The translations under genes were made by a program, and so were the position numbers. A stretch of DNA of 64,000 nucleotides. Origin: the human T2T-CHM13v2.0 reference genome, Homo sapiens. The notes under the pieces were generated by a model. It had not been told where the DNA came from. It did not search any database and saw only the letters and a list, made by a program, of their open reading frames with translations. Shown one piece after another: positions 59,691-64,000 of the stretch. Position 1 is the first letter of the stretch. The number at the start of each line of letters is the position of its first letter. The stretch lies in assembly GCF_009914755.1 (NCBI RefSeq), contig NC_060940.1; one strand, written 5' to 3'.

Positions 59691-61540
59691 CATTTGATGA
59701 TTGCATTCGAGTCTATTTATGTATTATATTCGTGTCCACTTCATGATTCCATTCAATTCCATTTAATGTTGATTCCATTTGATTCCATTTGATGATTCAG
59801 TTCGATTCCTTGCAATGATTCCCTACGATTCCGTTCTATGATGATTCCATTCGATTCCATTCATTGATGATTTCATTCGACTCCATTCGATGATGATTCC
59901 TTTCGATTCCATTTGACGATGTTTCCATTCGAGTCCATTCGATGATGATTCTATTCAATTCTGTTCTATTATGATTCCATTCGATTTCATTCAATGCTTC
60001 TATTTGATTCCATTCGATGATGATTCCATCTCTTTCCCTTCGATGATTCCATTTGATTCCATTCAGTGATGATTCCATTTGATTCCATCAGATGATGATT
60101 TCACTTGATTCCTTTCAATGATGATTCAATTCAAGTCCATTCGATGATTCCATTGGAGTCCAAACGATCATTCCGTTCGATTCCATTCAATGGTGATTCC
60201 ATTCATGTCCATTCGATGAATCCATTCAATTCCATTCGATGATGACTCCATTCGAGTACATTCGATGATTCCATTTGATTCCATTTGAAGATGATTCCAT
60301 TCAATTCCATTCGAAGATGATTCCATTCAATTCCATTCGATGATGATTCCGTATGAATCCATTCTCTGATTATTCCATTCGATTCCATTCATTGACGATT
60401 CCATTCAATTCCATTCAATGATGATTCTCTTCTATTCCATTCGATGATTCCGGTCGATTCCATTCGATGATGATTCCATTAGATTCCATTCGATTGTTTC
60501 ATTCGATTCCCTTCGATGATGATTCCTTTGAATTCCATTCGATTATCATTCCGTATGAATCCATTTGATGATTATTCCATTGGATTCCTTTCGATGATGA
60601 TTCCATTCGATTCCATTTGATGATGTTTCTCTTGTATTCCATTGGATAATTCCTTTCAGTTCCCTTCGATGATTATTCTTTCGAGTCAATTCGATGATTC
60701 TATTCCATTCCCTTCGATGATGATTCCATTTCACTCCATTTGATGATTCCATTCGACTCAATTTGGTGATGATTCAATTCGATGACATTCGATGACTCCA
60801 TTCAATTTCATTTGATGATGATTACATTCGAGTCCATTTGATGATTGTATTCCTTTCCTTTTGATGATTATTCCATTCGTGTCTATTCAAAGGTTCCATT
60901 CTATTCCATTCAATGATGATTGCATTTGATTCCATTCAATGATTATGGCTATCGATTCCACTCGTTGATTCCATTTGATTCCGTTCGATGATTATTCCGT
61001 TAGATTCCATTAGAAGATTCCATTCGATTTTATTCAATGATTCCAATGGATTCCATTCAATGATGATTCCATTCGACTCCATTCAGTGATTCCATTCGAG
61101 TCCATTTGATGATTCCATTCTTTTCCATTTGATGATGATTCCATTAGGGTCCATTCAATGATTCCATTCGAGTCCATTCGTTAATGCCTTTCGAGTCCTT
61201 TTGATCACTACATTCGAGTCCATTCAATGATTCTATTCGATTCCATTCCATGATGATTCCATTCGAGTTCATTCGATGATTGCATTCGAGTCCATTTGAT
61301 GATTCCATATGATTCCATTCGACAATGATTCCATTCGTGTCCATTTGATGATTCCATTCATTTCCTATCGATGAAGATTCCATTCAAGTGTATTCGATGA
61401 TTCCATTCAAATCCATTCGATGATGATTCCATTCCAGTCCATTCGATCATTCCACTTGATTCCATTTGATGACTATTCCATTCAAATCCATTTGATGATT
61501 CCATTCGATTCCATTCGATGTTACCATTCGAGTATATACG
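59690..61540 (+). repeat. Divergent HSat2 island not colinear with the 6.1 kb unit
   Basis: Still CATTC/GATGAT based and on the same strand, but carries motifs I did not see elsewhere in the window (GTCTATTTATGTATTATATT, CAGTTCGATTCCTTGCAATG, GTCCAAACGATC, TTCCGGTCG, ATTATGGCTATCG, CATTAGGGTCC, GTTAATGCCTTTCG). Its ORF translations have no counterparts in other units. Confidence 0.85.
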
Positions 61541-64000
61541 ATGATTCCACTCGATTCCATTTGATGATTATTCCATTGGAGTCCACTTAGTGAATCCTTT
61601 AGATTCTACTCGAAGATGATTCCATTCGAGTCCATTCGATGATACCATTCAATTCCATTCGTTGATGCTTCCATTCAAGTGCATTCGATGATATCATTCG
61701 ATTCCATTTGATGATAATTCCATTTGATTCCATGCGATGATTCTATTCGATTCCATTCAATGATAATTCCATTCAATTCAGTGATTCCTCTGGACTCCAT
61801 TTGATGATGATTCCATTCAATGATTCCATTCGATTCTATTCGAAAATGATTCCATTTGAATCCATTTGATGATGATTCCATTCGATTCCATTTGATGATT
61901 CCATTCGATTCCATTCGATGATGATTCCATTCGATTCCTTTTGATGAATCCATTCTATTGTATTCGATGATGATTCCATTCGATTCCATTCGATGATGAT
62001 TGGATTCGATTCCATTTGATGATTTCATTTGATTCCATACGATAATGATTTCGATCAATTCCATTCGATGATTCCATTCGATTCCATTCGATAATGATTA
62101 CATCCGAGTCCATTCGATGATTCCATTTGAGCCCGTTCGATAATTCCATTTGAGTCCAATCAATGATTCCATTCATTTCCATTCAATGATTCCATTCGAG
62201 TCCATTTGATCATTCCGGTAGGGTCCGTTCGATGTTGATTCCATTGGAGTGCATTCGATGATTCCATTCGAGTCCATTTTAGGATTTGATTCGAGTCCTT
62301 TCGATGATTCCATTCGATTCCACTCGATGATTTCATTCGAGTCCATTCGACACTTCCAATCGATTCCATTTGATGTTTCCATTCGATTCCAATTGATGAT
62401 TCCATTCAATTCCATTCGATGATGATTCCGTACGATTCCATTCTGTGATGATTCCATGTGATTGCATTCAATGATGATTCCTTTCGATTGCATTCGATTA
62501 TGATTCATTTCGTGTTCATTCTATGGTTCCACAGGTTTCCATTCGATGATGTTTCCATTCGTGTCCATTCCATTATTCCATTCTATTCCATTTGAAGATG
62601 ATTCCATTCGATTCCATTCATTGGTGATTCCACTCAATTCCATTCAATGATTCCATTCCATTTCTTTCAACAATGATTCCATTAGTTTCTATTCGATGAT
62701 CCACTTGATTCCATTTGACGATGATTCCATTCGTGTCCATTCGATGATTCCATTTGATTCCATATGATGATGATTCCATTCGATTCCATACGATGATGAT
62801 TCCATTCGAGTCCATTCAATCGTGATTCCATTCAATTCCATTCGATGATTCCTTTCGATTCCATTCAATGATGATGGCATTCGATTCCTTTCGATCATTC
62901 CCTTTGATTCCATTCAAAGGTGATTTCATTCAAGTCCATTCGATAATTGCATTCGATTCCATTCTATGATGATTCCATTCGAGCCCATTTGATGATTCCA
63001 TTCAATTCAAGTCAATGATGATTCCATTCGATTCCACTCGATGATTCCATTGGATTCCATTCGATGATGATTCCATTCAAATCCATTCGATAATTCAATT
63101 CAAGTCCATTCGATGATGATTCCAATCGAATCCATTCAAAGATTCCACTCAATTCCATTCGATGATGATTCCCTTACATTCCATTCGATGATTCCACTTG
63201 ATTCCATTTACGATGATTCCATTCGATTCCATGTGATGATTCCATTCAATTCTATTCAATGATGTTTCCACTTGATTCCATTCGAACATGATTGCCTTTG
63301 ATTCCATTCAATGATTCCATACGGTTCCATTTGATGATGATTCCATTCGAGTGCATTAGATGATTCCATTCGAGTCCATTCGATGATTCCATTCGATTCC
63401 ATTCGATGTTGATTCCGTTCAAATCCATTCGATGATTCCACTCGATTCCATTCGATGACTCCATTTGATCCCATTCGATGATTTCCTTTGATTCCCTTTG
63501 ATGATCATTCCATTTGATTCAATTCGGTGATTTCATTTGATTCCATTCAGTGATGTTTCCATTCAACTCCTTTCGATGATGATTCCATTCGACTCCATTC
63601 GATTATGATTTCATTCAATTCCATTCGATAATGATTCCCTTCAAGTCCATTCGATGATTCCATTCGATTCCATTCAACGATGATTTGATTCGTGTCCATT
63701 CGATGATTCCATTTGATTCCATTTGATGATGATTCCATTCGAGTCCATTTGATGATTCCATTCAATTCCATTCTCCGATGATTTCTTTTGAGCCCATTCA
63801 ATGCTTCCACTCGATTCCATATGATGATGACTCCATTTGATGAAATTCCCTGATGATTCCATTCGCTTGCATTCGATGATGATTCCACTTGAGTCCGTTA
63901 GAAGATTCTATTCAATTACATTCCATGACGATTCTGTTCGAGTCCATTTGATGATTCCATTAGACTCCATTCGACGATGATTCCATTCGATGTTATTCGA
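61541..64000 (+). repeat. Resumption of the 6.1 kb unit (from unit position ~5025), running off the window end; 72-bp deletion near 63335
   Basis: GGAGTCCACTTAGTGAATCC, CCGGTAGGGTCCG, CGACACTTCC and CCACAGGTTTCC reappear in order. The ORF at 63252 is 70 aa against 94 aa for its counterparts, i.e. 72 bp shorter. Confidence 0.9.

Larger units (their letters stand above)
1..64000 (+). repeat. Human satellite 2 (HSat2/HSATII) pericentromeric tandem array, CATTC strand = +, probably subfamily HSat2B
   Basis: Every line is degenerate CATTC with the HSat2-type decamers CATTCGATTC/CATTCGAGTC and GATGAT(GAT) spacers, with very dense TCGA (TaqI) and GANTC (HinfI) sites. Long pure (CATTC)n runs typical of HSat3 are absent. 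No strand switch seen. The HSat2B call rests on the ~6.11 kb period and is less certain than the HSat2 call. Confidence 0.98.

Noticed and set aside
59690-61540. Possible transposon or unique-sequence insertion
   Set aside because: The island is still CATTC/GATGAT satellite throughout, with no poly(A) tail, target-site duplication, terminal repeats or Alu/L1 similarity.
48-63888. More than 150 ORFs of 60-132 aa, many recurring with the unit period
   Set aside because: They are low-complexity translations of the satellite in overlapping frames, with no recognisable domain or gene structure. They are freely truncated, fused and frameshifted between copies, and their recurrence only reflects DNA repetition.
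1-64000. CRISPR-like or programmed cassette-shuffling interpretation of the short repeats
   Set aside because: There is no constant repeat with unique spacers and no cas, recombinase or reverse transcriptase gene. The variation is ordinary satellite divergence and homology-mediated rearrangement.
1-64000. HSat3, alpha satellite or CENP-B boxes
   Set aside because: Pure CATTC runs are only about three units long and GATGAT-spaced CATTCGATTC dominates, which is the HSat2 pattern. I saw no 171-bp period or CENP-B box.
1-64000. Strand inversion or large palindrome
   Set aside because: No GAATG-rich stretch appears on the + strand. Only 4-8 bp palindromes such as TCGA, ATCGAT and CGAATTCG are present.

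Overview
The whole 64 kb window is one uninterrupted, single-orientation array of classical human satellite 2 (HSat2/HSATII). It is built from degenerate (CATTC)n with CATTCGATTC/CATTCGAGTC decamers and (GAT)2-3 spacers, giving 23/26/49-bp sub-periods. I found no genes, RNA genes, transposons or CRISPR arrays; the ORF track is translated satellite. The array is organised as a ~6.11 kb higher-order unit, the period reported for HSat2B (best known from the 16q11.2 pericentromere; the chromosome assignment is inference). The interesting signal is structural. Full 6109-6131 bp units alternate with locally amplified deletion derivatives (4516 bp x2, 4450 bp x~4), single short spacings (~3.08 and 2.21 kb), a 413-bp internal duplication, mosaic lineage patches shared between non-adjacent copies, and one ~1.9 kb divergent HSat2 island (59.7-61.5 kb) that is not part of the unit. 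All junctions keep strand and repeat register. I found no evidence for a novel protein-coding system; what the window records is satellite turnover. Offsets were derived by hand from landmark motifs and the ORF track, so breakpoints inside homology tracts are approximate.
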